From the NCBI GenBank assembly GCA_963720755.1, contig CAVRGP010000008.1:40721-104720 (forward strand): a stretch of DNA of 64,000 nucleotides, read 5' to 3'. Shown in pieces: positions 50,472 through 59,102 of the stretch (the first letter of the stretch is position 1; every line of letters starts with the position of its first letter). Source of the DNA: an uncultured Chloroflexia bacterium (GTDB taxonomy: Bacteria; Chloroflexota; Limnocylindria; Limnocylindrales; CSP1-4). The notes beneath the pieces are model-generated. The model did no database searches, was not told where the DNA came from, and was given only the letters and a program-made list of their open reading frames with translations. A program made the translations under genes and the position numbers.

Positions 50472-50507
50472 AGAAGAACGCCCCGTCCGGGCGGGCGGAC
50501 GGGGCGT
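50472..50507 (-). terminator. Terminator after tRNA-Asp
   Basis: Minus strand ACGCCCCGTCCG-loop-CGGACGGGGCGT followed by TCTTCT. Confidence 0.7.
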
Positions 50508-50522
50508 AGGGAAATGCGTCGA

Positions 50523-50599
50523 TGGCGGACCCGACCGGATTCGAACCGGCGATCTCCAGCGTGACAGGCTGGCATGTTGGGCCGCTACACCACGGGTCC
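50523..50599 (-). tRNA. tRNA-Asp(GTC)
   Basis: GGACCCG...CCAGC-CTGTCAC-GCTGG...GGTTCGAATCC...CGGGTCC-G-CCA; full cloverleaf. Confidence 0.97.
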
Positions 50600-50773
50600 A
50601 GTTGCGGCGAGGGCGGAGCATAGCAGAGGCCGCGGGGGTTGTCGTCGGCCGCGGGCCTGCCCGAGCCGAGCCCGAGCTGAGCCCGCCCCCGCGCCGCCGG
50701 GGAGCGAAGGTCGGCATCAGCGAACATACTCCCATCGTCGGGTGGCTTGAGATCCGACCGATCGGGAGCAGTG

Positions 50774-52078
50774 ATGATGAGCGATACAGGGATCGCGGTC
50801 GTGGGTTTGGGCTATGTCGGCCTGCCCCTCGCGATAGCGTTCGCCGAGGCTGGACTGGACGTCCTTGGGATCGATGTCTCGGAGTCACGGGTCGAGGCTA
50901 TCGCCGCCCGTCGGTCGCCGATCGACGACGTGACCGATGAGCGGCTGGCGGCGGCGTTCGGACGATCGTTCCGAGTGGCGACCCAGGCTGACGCGGATCT
51001 CGAAGCGATCGACGCTGTCTTCGTCTGCGTGCCAACCCCGATCAAGCCGACCAAGGACCCGGACCTCGGGCCGGTCCTGGCGGCCGCCGATTTCATCAAG
51101 GGCTGGATCCGGCGCGGTCAGCTCGTCGTCCTTCAATCCACGACCTTCCCCGGTACCACGGTCGGGCCTTTCCGCGCGGTGATCGAGTCGAGTGGACTGA
51201 CGGCGGGATCCGATTTCGATCTCGCTTATGCCCCGGAGCGGGTGAACCCCGGGGATGCGGCAAGCGCCTCACGCGCCGTGCCGCGCCTGGTCGCAGGGAC
51301 CAACGCGACGGCCACGACCCGGGCCGCCGCCGTCCTGCGGCTCATCAACGATGACGTGATCGAATTGTCGTCCCCGGACACCGCGGAGCTGGCCAAACTC
51401 CTCGAGAACGTCTTCCGAAACGTCAACATCGCCCTGGTGAACCAGCTGGCCTTGCTGTGCGAACAGATGGGGCTCGACGTTTGGGAAGTCATCGACGCGG
51501 CAGCCACCAAGCCGTTCGGATTCATGCGATTCACGCCGGGTCCCGGCGTCGGCGGCCATTGCATCCCGATCGACCCGTACTACCTCTCGTGGCGAGCCCG
51601 CGAGTTCGACTTCGTGGATCGCTTCGTCGAACTCGCGGGTGACATCAACCTGTCGATGCCTCGCCATGTGGTCGATCTGGTCGGGGAGGCCCTAAATGAC
51701 CGCGGCCGAGCATTGCGTGGCGCCAAGATCGGCATCGTCGGCGTCGCCTTCAAACCCGACGTCCAGGACTGTCGCAACGCTCCCGCTGCCCAGATCATCG
51801 CCGGCCTTACCGACCGGGGCGGCGAGATCCGCTATCACGATCCTCACGTCGCGACGTTCACGGCCGCCGACGGGGTCGGGCGGGTGAGCCGCGAGCTGGG
51901 CGACCTCCTGGACTGGGCCGACGTCATGGTCGTCATCACCGCCCATCGGGCGATCGACTGGGCGACCCTGTACGCGGAGGCCGGCCTGGTCGTTGATACC
52001 GTCAATTCGTCGGCGGCGATGACGACCCGCCCGGGTCAGGTGCTCCGGCTGGGCGCCGGGTGGCTGAACCCGTCTTGA
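50774..52078 (+). CDS. UDP-sugar dehydrogenase (UDP-GlcNAc/ManNAc 6-dehydrogenase family)
   Basis: GLGYVG, CVPTP, PERVNPG, GVGGHCIP. Confidence 0.93.
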   Translation: MMSDTGIAVVGLGYVGLPLAIAFAEAGLDVLGIDVSESRVEAIAARRSPIDDVTDERLAAAFGRSFRVATQADADLEAIDAVFVCVPTPIKPTKDPDLGPVLAAADFIKGWIRRGQLVVLQSTTFPGTTVGPFRAVIESSGLTAGSDFDLAYAPERVNPGDAASASRAVPRLVAGTNATATTRAAAVLRLINDDVIELSSPDTAELAKLLENVFRNVNIALVNQLALLCEQMGLDVWEVIDAAATKPFGFMRFTPGPGVGGHCIPIDPYYLSWRAREFDFVDRFVELAGDINLSMPRHVVDLVGEALNDRGRALRGAKIGIVGVAFKPDVQDCRNAPAAQIIAGLTDRGGEIRYHDPHVATFTAADGVGRVSRELGDLLDWADVMVVITAHRAIDWATLYAEAGLVVDTVNSSAAMTTRPGQVLRLGAGWLNPS

Positions 52079-52221
52079 CCAGTCAGACGACTCCGAGTCG
52101 TTCGTACAGCTCACGGTAGCGTCGGCCGTTGCCGGCCCAGGTTCGCTCACGAACGATCCATTGGCGTCCGACCGCGCTCTCGATGGTCGAGACGCCGCAC
52201 GCCAACCTATACTCGGCCCTC

Positions 52222-53319
52222 ATGTCCCGGATCGACCTGCGCAGCGACACCGTCACCCATCCATCGCCGGCGATGCGTCGGGCGATGGCCGATGCCGAGC
52301 TGGGTGATGACGTCTTCGGCGACGACCCGACGGTCAACGCCCTTGAGGAGCGAGCGGCCGACCTGCTCGGCAAGGAAGCCGGCCTGTTCGTCGCCAGTGG
52401 CACGATGGGCAACCTTGTCGCCCAGATGGCCCACCTTGCCCGCGGCCAGGAGACGATCGCCGGCCGTGAGCACCACATGGTCATCGACGAAGCCGCCGGT
52501 CACGCGGTCATCGTCGGCGCAAGCATGCGAGCCCTCGAAGATCGACCGGACGGAACCGTCGACCCGGCTGAGATCGAGGCTGCCTTCCGGGATCCAAGCG
52601 ATCCCCACGAACCGATCACCGGCCTCATCACCATCGAGAACACGCATGCCCATTCGATGGGTCAGCCGCTGACCCCCGCCTACACCGCCCAGGTAGCCGA
52701 GATCGCTCACCGGCACGGCGTCCCCCTCCATATCGACGGCGCTCGGTTCTGGGACGCCGTCGTCGCCCAGGGACTCGCACCGACGGACCTGTCCGGTCCG
52801 GCCGACACGGTGTCGTTCTGCCTGTCGAAGGGTCTCGCCTGCCCGGTCGGTTCGGTCGTCGTCGGCACGCGGGACGTCATCTGGCGCGCACGCCGGGCCC
52901 GCAAGATGGTCGGTGGCGGGATGCGCCAGGCGGGCGTCCTCGCCGCGGCCGGACTGGTGGCCCTGTCGGACGGCCCGGACGGGATGATCGAGCGCCTCGC
53001 CGAGGATCACGCCAATGCCCGACGCCTGGCCGAGGGTCTGGCCGGGCTGCCCGGGATCGTGGCGGCCGGTGGCACCGCCCAGCCGACCGATCCGGAGCGT
53101 CCGGATCCGCTCGACCCCGGCCGTGTGCACACCAACTTCGTGCTGTTCCGGGTCCTGCGCGATCGAGCTGCGTTCCTCGCGGCATTGCGCGAGCGAGGCG
53201 TCGAGATGGTGGAGTATCCCCACGATCAGGTCCGCGCCGTAACCCACTATGGGGTGACAGCCGCCGACATCGATACCATCGTCAACGCCGCGCGGGCGGC
53301 CCTCGAGGAGACCGCCTGA
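52222..53319 (+). CDS. ltaE: Low-specificity L-threonine aldolase
   Basis: DLRSDTVT, SGTMGN, HIDGAR, CLSKGL, GGGMRQAG. Confidence 0.9.
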   Translation: MSRIDLRSDTVTHPSPAMRRAMADAELGDDVFGDDPTVNALEERAADLLGKEAGLFVASGTMGNLVAQMAHLARGQETIAGREHHMVIDEAAGHAVIVGASMRALEDRPDGTVDPAEIEAAFRDPSDPHEPITGLITIENTHAHSMGQPLTPAYTAQVAEIAHRHGVPLHIDGARFWDAVVAQGLAPTDLSGPADTVSFCLSKGLACPVGSVVVGTRDVIWRARRARKMVGGGMRQAGVLAAAGLVALSDGPDGMIERLAEDHANARRLAEGLAGLPGIVAAGGTAQPTDPERPDPLDPGRVHTNFVLFRVLRDRAAFLAALRERGVEMVEYPHDQVRAVTHYGVTAADIDTIVNAARAALEETA

Positions 53320-54999
53320 TGACCGACCTCCCGTCCCCCAAGCTGCTCCCGAGGCCCCCGTCCAGGGCCGACGCCGGACCGCTCGACGAACCCTTCTACG
53401 ACCTCGTCGAGGCCCGGTTCCAGCGGGTCGTCCGCGAGGACCCGGTCTATGCCACGGGGATCGGCCTGCACCAGGACGACGACCTCCTCGGCGATGGCAG
53501 CCGGGAAGCCGTCCTGGGGGAACTCGAGGCGGACCGGCGGCACCTGGCGGAGGTCGAACGGCTCGACGACGCGGGCCTATCGGTCGCGGCCCGGTTCGAC
53601 CGCGACCTGGAGGTCCACAACGTCCGGCAGGCCATCTTCCGAGCGGACGAGCTCCGAATCTGGGAGCGGCGTTCGTTCGCCCTGGACCACGTCGGCGACG
53701 GCCTCTTCCTCCTTTTCGCGCGAGATCATGCGCCGCTGGAGGAGCGCCTCGACGCGCTGGCCGGACGGATGGAAGCGATCGCCACCTATCTGGAGGAAGC
53801 GAAGACCCGGGCGACCGTTCCGCAGGTCAGGTTCTGGCAGCAGATCGAGATCGACACGGCTGCGCAACTGCCGCTGTTCCTCGACGAGATCGTCGCGGCC
53901 GGGGCGGGCACGCTGGCTCCCGCCGAGCAACGCCGCCTGGAACGCGCGGGCGAGAGCGCCAAGATCGCCGTCGAGCTGTACTCGGCCTGGCTCGAGGGCA
54001 CGCTCGAGGCGGGGACGGACGAATGGGCCATCGGCCGCGAGCGGCACGATGCGATGGTCGCCTTGCGGGCCTTCGACGGGCTCGACGGTGACGACATCCT
54101 GGCGCTCGGCTGGGAGCGCCTCCACGAGGAGCGGGCGGCCCGGGTCGCGGCAGCTCGCGAGATCGATCCGGGCGCCGACGAGGCGACGGTCATCGGACGG
54201 GTGAAGGGCGATCAGCCGGCGACCTTCGACGACGCGCTCGCCGCGTATCGAAGCGCGATGCTGCGCGCCCGTCAGCATCTCATCGACCACGATCTGGTCA
54301 CGGTCCCGGACGACGAGCGGATCGACATCGTGGCGACCCCGGAGTACCTCAGGAACGTCATCCCGTTCGCGGCCTATTTCGAGCCTGCGATCTTCGACCC
54401 GCAACCCAAGGGCATCTACGTGGTGACGCCGTCGGTCGGTGGCGACCCGGACGCGATGCGCGAGCACAACCTGGCCTCGATCAGCAACACGAGCATCCAT
54501 GAGGCGTATCCCGGCCACCATCTCCAACTCGATGCGGCCCGCCGGAACCCCTCGCTGACTCGGCTCCACGACCGATGCACCCGAGTTCGTCGAGGGCTGG
54601 GGGATGTACTCGGAGCTGATGATGCGGGAGCACGGTTTCGACGACGGACCGGCCTTCCGGATCGCGCTCCATACGGACGCCATCTGGCGCGCCTGCCGGA
54701 TGATCCTGGACGTCCGGATGCATCGGGGTGAGATGACCATCGACGAAGCAGTCGACTTCATGGTCGACCAAACGAGCTTCCAGCGGTCGAACGCCCGGGC
54801 CGAAGTCAGCTGGTACACGTATCGGCCCACCTACCCGCTGTCCTATCTCCTGGGGCGGACCCTGCTCCTCAGCCTCCGCTCGGACGAACAGCGCCGGCGC
54901 GGCGATGGGTTCAGCCTGAAAGGGTTCCACGACGCGCTGCTGCGCAACGGTTCGCTGCCGGTCTCCTTCCATCGCCGGCTGCTGGCGATGGAGGACTGA
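53319..54999 (+). CDS. DUF885 family protein with an apparent single frameshift near 54568
   Basis: HEAYPGHH in one frame; TDAPEFVEGWGMYSE...P...LSY in the next frame. Confidence 0.82.
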
Positions 55000-55006
55000 T
55001 CGGATC

Positions 55007-55717
55007 GTGCAGGTCATCCCCGCGATCGACCTCGAGGGCGGACGTTCGCGGGTCGTGTTCTGGCCCGGCGCCGGCGCGGGCATCGGCGCGCCGACCGACC
55101 GGCCCGACCGGATCGCCGAGCGCTTCGGAGCCATGGGCGCCCGTTTGATCCACCTCGTCGACTTCGATGGGGCGAGAGCCGGAGTGCCGGCCAACCTCGA
55201 GGCGATCGGTGCGATCGCGGCGCGGGTCGCCGTCCCGCTCCAGGTCGCCGGCGGCGTCGACTCGGCGGACGGGATCCGTCTGGCCTTCGCAGCCGGAGCC
55301 ACCCGGGTCGTCCTGAGTACGGTCGTCGCCGATCGCCCCGACGACCTGCGCGCCTGCCTGGCCGTTGCCGGGGACTGGCTGGCCGTCGGGTTGGACCCGC
55401 GTCCCGAACGACTGGCTGCGTTCCCGTGGCGTCGGCCCAGCCCGCCGACCGTCGAGTCGCTGCTTGGCGAGCTGGCCGGGACTGGGGTCGCCCGCTTCGT
55501 CCTGAGTCACGGCGGCGCCGAACTCGACGCGGCGGCCCTGGCCCGAACCCAGGATCTCGTTCGGTCGTACGATGCTGAGATCCTGGTCGCCGGCGGCGCT
55601 CGAGACATCGAGGGCCTGCGGCGCCTGCGCGACACCGGCGTGGCCGGCGTCATCCTCGGGGAGGCCCTCCTGTCCGGGGCGATCGACTATCCCGCAGCCC
55701 TGGAGGCCGCCGCATGA
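55007..55717 (+). CDS. HisA/HisF-like TIM-barrel protein, divergent
   Basis: VIPAIDL, HLVDFDGA, QVAGGV, VAGG, ILGEAL. Confidence 0.8.
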   Translation: MQVIPAIDLEGGRSRVVFWPGAGAGIGAPTDRPDRIAERFGAMGARLIHLVDFDGARAGVPANLEAIGAIAARVAVPLQVAGGVDSADGIRLAFAAGATRVVLSTVVADRPDDLRACLAVAGDWLAVGLDPRPERLAAFPWRRPSPPTVESLLGELAGTGVARFVLSHGGAELDAAALARTQDLVRSYDAEILVAGGARDIEGLRRLRDTGVAGVILGEALLSGAIDYPAALEAAA

Positions 55718-55744
55718 TCCGCACCGCCCCGTCCGAGCCCGACT

Positions 55745-56548
55745 GTGCCTGAGTCGAAACGAGGGAAGCGCCGGCGGGGTTCGCACCAGAATCGCCAGCC
55801 GAGTTCGTCGAAGCCCGCAGCGACCAGCCCGGTTGATAGCGGTGGCCGCGTGACGACCGGGCGGGCGGGGATCCCAAGCCTCGTCTGGATCGCCGGTGCC
55901 GCGATCGTCGTGGTCGTCCTGATCTCCGGGTTCGTCCTGCTGCGCCCGACCGGGAACGGGGCCGGGGCCGGGGCGTCTGCGCCGGTCGCCGGCGCAAGTT
56001 CGGCCGCGCCGGTCGCCGGGACCTGCCCGACGAGCCAACCGGATCCGCTCGCTGCCGGACAGACCCGGACCGTGACCCTCGCGACACCGCTGGGTGACAT
56101 CGCGATCAAGGTCGAAGCCGATCTGTCCCCGATCGCTGCCGGGAACTTCGTCGCCCTCGCCTCCTGCGGCTATTACGACGGCACGCCGTTCCACCGAACG
56201 GCGGCACTGCCGGACGGGACGCCCTTCGTCATCCAGGGGGGCGATCCGACCGGCACCGGGACCGGGGGCCCCGGCTACACGATCAAGGACGAGCCCGTGA
56301 CGACGCCATACGTGCGAGGTACCGTTGCGATGGCGAGGACCTCGGCGCCGGACAGCGTCGGTTCCCAGTTCTTCATCGTCCTCGACGACAAGGACGGCGA
56401 TATCCTCGGTTCCGCCAACACGTACCAGATCATCGGCTCGGTCACCTCCGGGATGGACACGGCCGACGCCATCTTCGCGGCATCCGGCGGTGTCGAGCTG
56501 CCGGCGGACCCGGTGCGGATCACGACCGCCACCGTCGCAAACCCCTGA
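55745..56548 (+). CDS. Membrane-anchored cyclophilin-type PPIase
   Basis: TM, FHR, IQGGDPTGTG, VAMA, SQFFI. Confidence 0.92.
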   Translation: MPESKRGKRRRGSHQNRQPSSSKPAATSPVDSGGRVTTGRAGIPSLVWIAGAAIVVVVLISGFVLLRPTGNGAGAGASAPVAGASSAAPVAGTCPTSQPDPLAAGQTRTVTLATPLGDIAIKVEADLSPIAAGNFVALASCGYYDGTPFHRTAALPDGTPFVIQGGDPTGTGTGGPGYTIKDEPVTTPYVRGTVAMARTSAPDSVGSQFFIVLDDKDGDILGSANTYQIIGSVTSGMDTADAIFAASGGVELPADPVRITTATVANP

Positions 56549-56566
56549 TCGAAGGAGCCCCGACCC

Positions 56567-57064
56567 ATGACCAGCGCAACAATCGCCACCGACCTCGGCA
56601 AGATCGAGGTGGACCTGTTCGACGAGAGTGCCCCGAAGGCGACCGCGAACTTCGTCAAGCTCGCCGAATCCGGCTTCTACGACGACGTCGTCTTCCACCG
56701 GGTCATCCCGGGGTTCGTCGCCCAGGGCGGCGACGGCCAGTTCGGGAAGAAGTCCGACCTGCAGCGCGGCCGAGTCGGGACCGGTGGCCCCGGCTACAAG
56801 TTCGAGGACGAGCCGGTCCAGGGCGACTACGTCCGGGGCTCGCTGGCGATGGCCAACTCCGGGCCGAACACGAACGGCAGCCAGTTCTTCATCTGCCACC
56901 AGGACCTGACCGGCAAGCTCCCCAAGAACTACACGCTGTTCGGGCTCGTGACCAGTGGGATGGACGTCGTCGATGCCATCGTCGGATCCCCCCGAGACGG
57001 CCGGGATCTGCCGGATCAGCCGGTCGCGATGACCTCCGTGACCATCCATCACGACAAAGGTTGA
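56567..57064 (+). CDS. Cytoplasmic cyclophilin-type PPIase
   Basis: FHRVIPGF, QGGD, LAMANSGPNTNGSQFFI. Confidence 0.95.
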   Translation: MTSATIATDLGKIEVDLFDESAPKATANFVKLAESGFYDDVVFHRVIPGFVAQGGDGQFGKKSDLQRGRVGTGGPGYKFEDEPVQGDYVRGSLAMANSGPNTNGSQFFICHQDLTGKLPKNYTLFGLVTSGMDVVDAIVGSPRDGRDLPDQPVAMTSVTIHHDKG

Positions 57065-57105
57065 CGAAGGTTAAGGAATTTACACACGCGGACGTGTCAA
57101 AACCC

Positions 57106-57134
57106 TTGGAAATGGACCCGCGACCGGCTAGGAT
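57106..57134 (+). promoter_or_regulatory. Sigma70-type promoter
   Basis: TTGGAA-N17-TAGGAT with an AT-rich upstream region. Confidence 0.55.
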
Positions 57135-57139
57135 TGCCG

Positions 57140-57310
57140 AGCTGCTCAGTCAGCGCTGCCCCAGCGGCAAGATCATGGGTAGGTAGGGTCAGGGTAGTCG
57201 GTGTAGCCGACGTGATAGATGCTCTTGACGCGTGGCAGAAGTGTCCGCTCCGGCGGACTCCTTCACCGGGACAGCTTGAGGCGGCTCCTTCGGGAGCCGC
57301 CTCGACGTTT
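57140..57310 (+). ncRNA. Candidate structured small RNA (unassigned)
   Basis: Promoter, several hairpins, terminal hairpin, no convincing ORF. Confidence 0.5.
57278..57310 (+). terminator. Intrinsic terminator-like hairpin
   Basis: GAGGCGGCTCC-TTCG-GGAGCCGCCTC (11 bp, cUUCGg loop) followed by GACGTTT. Confidence 0.75.
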
Positions 57311-57705
57311 GTCCGGCACCGAACCCGGCGGGCACCGCCGGTCTGAGCGGATCACCAGGTCGCCCGTGCCGAATCTGAACGCGGCGCGGCCGGATCTGAG
57401 CTGGGCGAGCCCGGACCAATTCCGAACCCGGCCACTACCTGGCAGGATCTTCACCCACGGAACGTTATGCCGAGTCGTGGCCGCGATCCCGGCCCCGCGA
57501 CCGTCGATCGGACCAGTTGGCAGGCGGCGCCACGAGGGCATCGTGCCTGACCACCCGCAGAACGTGGCGCACGTCCCCTCGCTTTCGGCCATAACGGTCC
57601 ACCGGTGAACATCTCGCCGCTTCGTTGAGGCGCCGGTGGCCCAGCACGAAGCTGCGATCCTCCTCGATACTCCAGAATGCAACCGCACGGCACCGGGGAG
57701 GGACG

Positions 57706-59076
57706 ATGGATCCGCAAGACCGCCTGGAACGACTGAGCGCGGGCGCTCGCGAGGTGCTCGACGGGAACTGGTTGGGTGCCTCCACTCTGCCCTCGCGATC
57801 GTTGTACCCGCACCAGTGGAACTGGGACTCGGCGTTCATGGCATTGGGCCGGTCCTGGTACGACGAGCCCCGGGCGCAGCAGGAACTCCGCTCCCTGTTC
57901 AGTGCCCAGTGGGCGAATGGCAAGGTCCCCCACATCGTCTTCAACCCGTCGGTCGCGGAGGACGCGTATTTCCCGGGGCCGAGTTTCTGGCAGTCGTCGA
58001 AGCATTCGAGCGCGGCGCCGAAGGGTGTGGAGACATCCGGGATCACCCAGCCCCCGATCCATGCCCGGGCCGCGCTCGAAATGCACCGGCACGCTCGCGA
58101 TGTCGAGTCGTCGAAGGCCTTCCTCGCCTGGCTGTATCCGAGGCTCGTCGCCGAGCACGACTACCTGGCCCGCGATAGGGACCCGGCCGGGATCGGACTG
58201 CCGGTCATCGTCCACCCCTGGGAATCCGGCCTGGACAACTCCCCGGTCTGGGACCGGGACCTGACCGACATGGTCATCCCCAGCGACGAGATCCCGCCGT
58301 ACGTGCGCCACGATCTGGCCCACGGTGACCCGAAGGATCGACCGACCGACGCCACGTACGACCAATTCGTCTTCCTGGCGGCGCGCTACCGTGACTCCGG
58401 CTACGACGATGCCGCGATGTTCGACAACATCCCGTTCGTCGTCGCCGGGCCGTTGTTCAACGCCATCCACCTCTGGTCGGAGCACGCCCTCGTCGAGATC
58501 GCCCGGATCGTCGGCGCCGATCCGACGCCGCACCGCGAGGCGACGACCCGGATCCAGCAGGCGATCCTCGATCGGCTGTGGGACCCCGAGACCCGGCGGT
58601 TCTGCACCCTCGACGTCCTCGAACGTCAGCGCGGGATCGAGGACACGATCGTCTCGTTCGCGCCCCTCCTGGACCCGGACCTGCCTCGGGACCACGTCCA
58701 GGCCATCGTTGCCGACCTCCACTCGGCGAGCTTCCACCCGGATCGGAAGATCAGCTACGTGGTCCCGAGCTACGACCTGTTGGCCAAGGACTTCGACGAG
58801 CGACGCTATTGGCGAGGCCCGGTCTGGATCAACACGAACTGGCTGCTGCTGTCCGCCCTGCGCCAGCACGGGTATCACTCGGAGGCCGATGCGATCGCCC
58901 TGAGCAGCCTGCGGCTGGTCGAGAAGTCGGGCTTTCGCGAGTACTTCGACCCGTTCGATGGCACCGGATATGGCACGGACAGCTTCGGCTGGACCGCCGC
59001 GCTCACCCTGGACATCATCGAGCGCCATCAAGGTCGGGATCGGGAGAGGTTGGTCGAGGGCCTGCGCGAGACCTGA
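57706..59076 (+). CDS. GH63-like glucosylglycerate/mannosylglycerate hydrolase
   Basis: YPHQWNWDSAF, SGITQPP, HPWESGLDNSP, YWRGPVW, FREYF, FGWTAAL. Confidence 0.88.
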   Translation: MDPQDRLERLSAGAREVLDGNWLGASTLPSRSLYPHQWNWDSAFMALGRSWYDEPRAQQELRSLFSAQWANGKVPHIVFNPSVAEDAYFPGPSFWQSSKHSSAAPKGVETSGITQPPIHARAALEMHRHARDVESSKAFLAWLYPRLVAEHDYLARDRDPAGIGLPVIVHPWESGLDNSPVWDRDLTDMVIPSDEIPPYVRHDLAHGDPKDRPTDATYDQFVFLAARYRDSGYDDAAMFDNIPFVVAGPLFNAIHLWSEHALVEIARIVGADPTPHREATTRIQQAILDRLWDPETRRFCTLDVLERQRGIEDTIVSFAPLLDPDLPRDHVQAIVADLHSASFHPDRKISYVVPSYDLLAKDFDERRYWRGPVWINTNWLLLSALRQHGYHSEADAIALSSLRLVEKSGFREYFDPFDGTGYGTDSFGWTAALTLDIIERHQGRDRERLVEGLRET

Positions 59077-59102
59077 GATCCCAGGCCCCAGCATTGCCTC
59101 TA

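Noticed and set aside
50400-50888. N-terminal extension of the 717-aa CapA ORF
   Set aside because: It runs through tRNA-Asp and its terminator; the real start is near 50399
57263-57688. 141-aa minus-strand ORF in the intergenic gap
   Set aside because: No motif or RBS recognised and it crosses the terminator hairpin; not fully excluded
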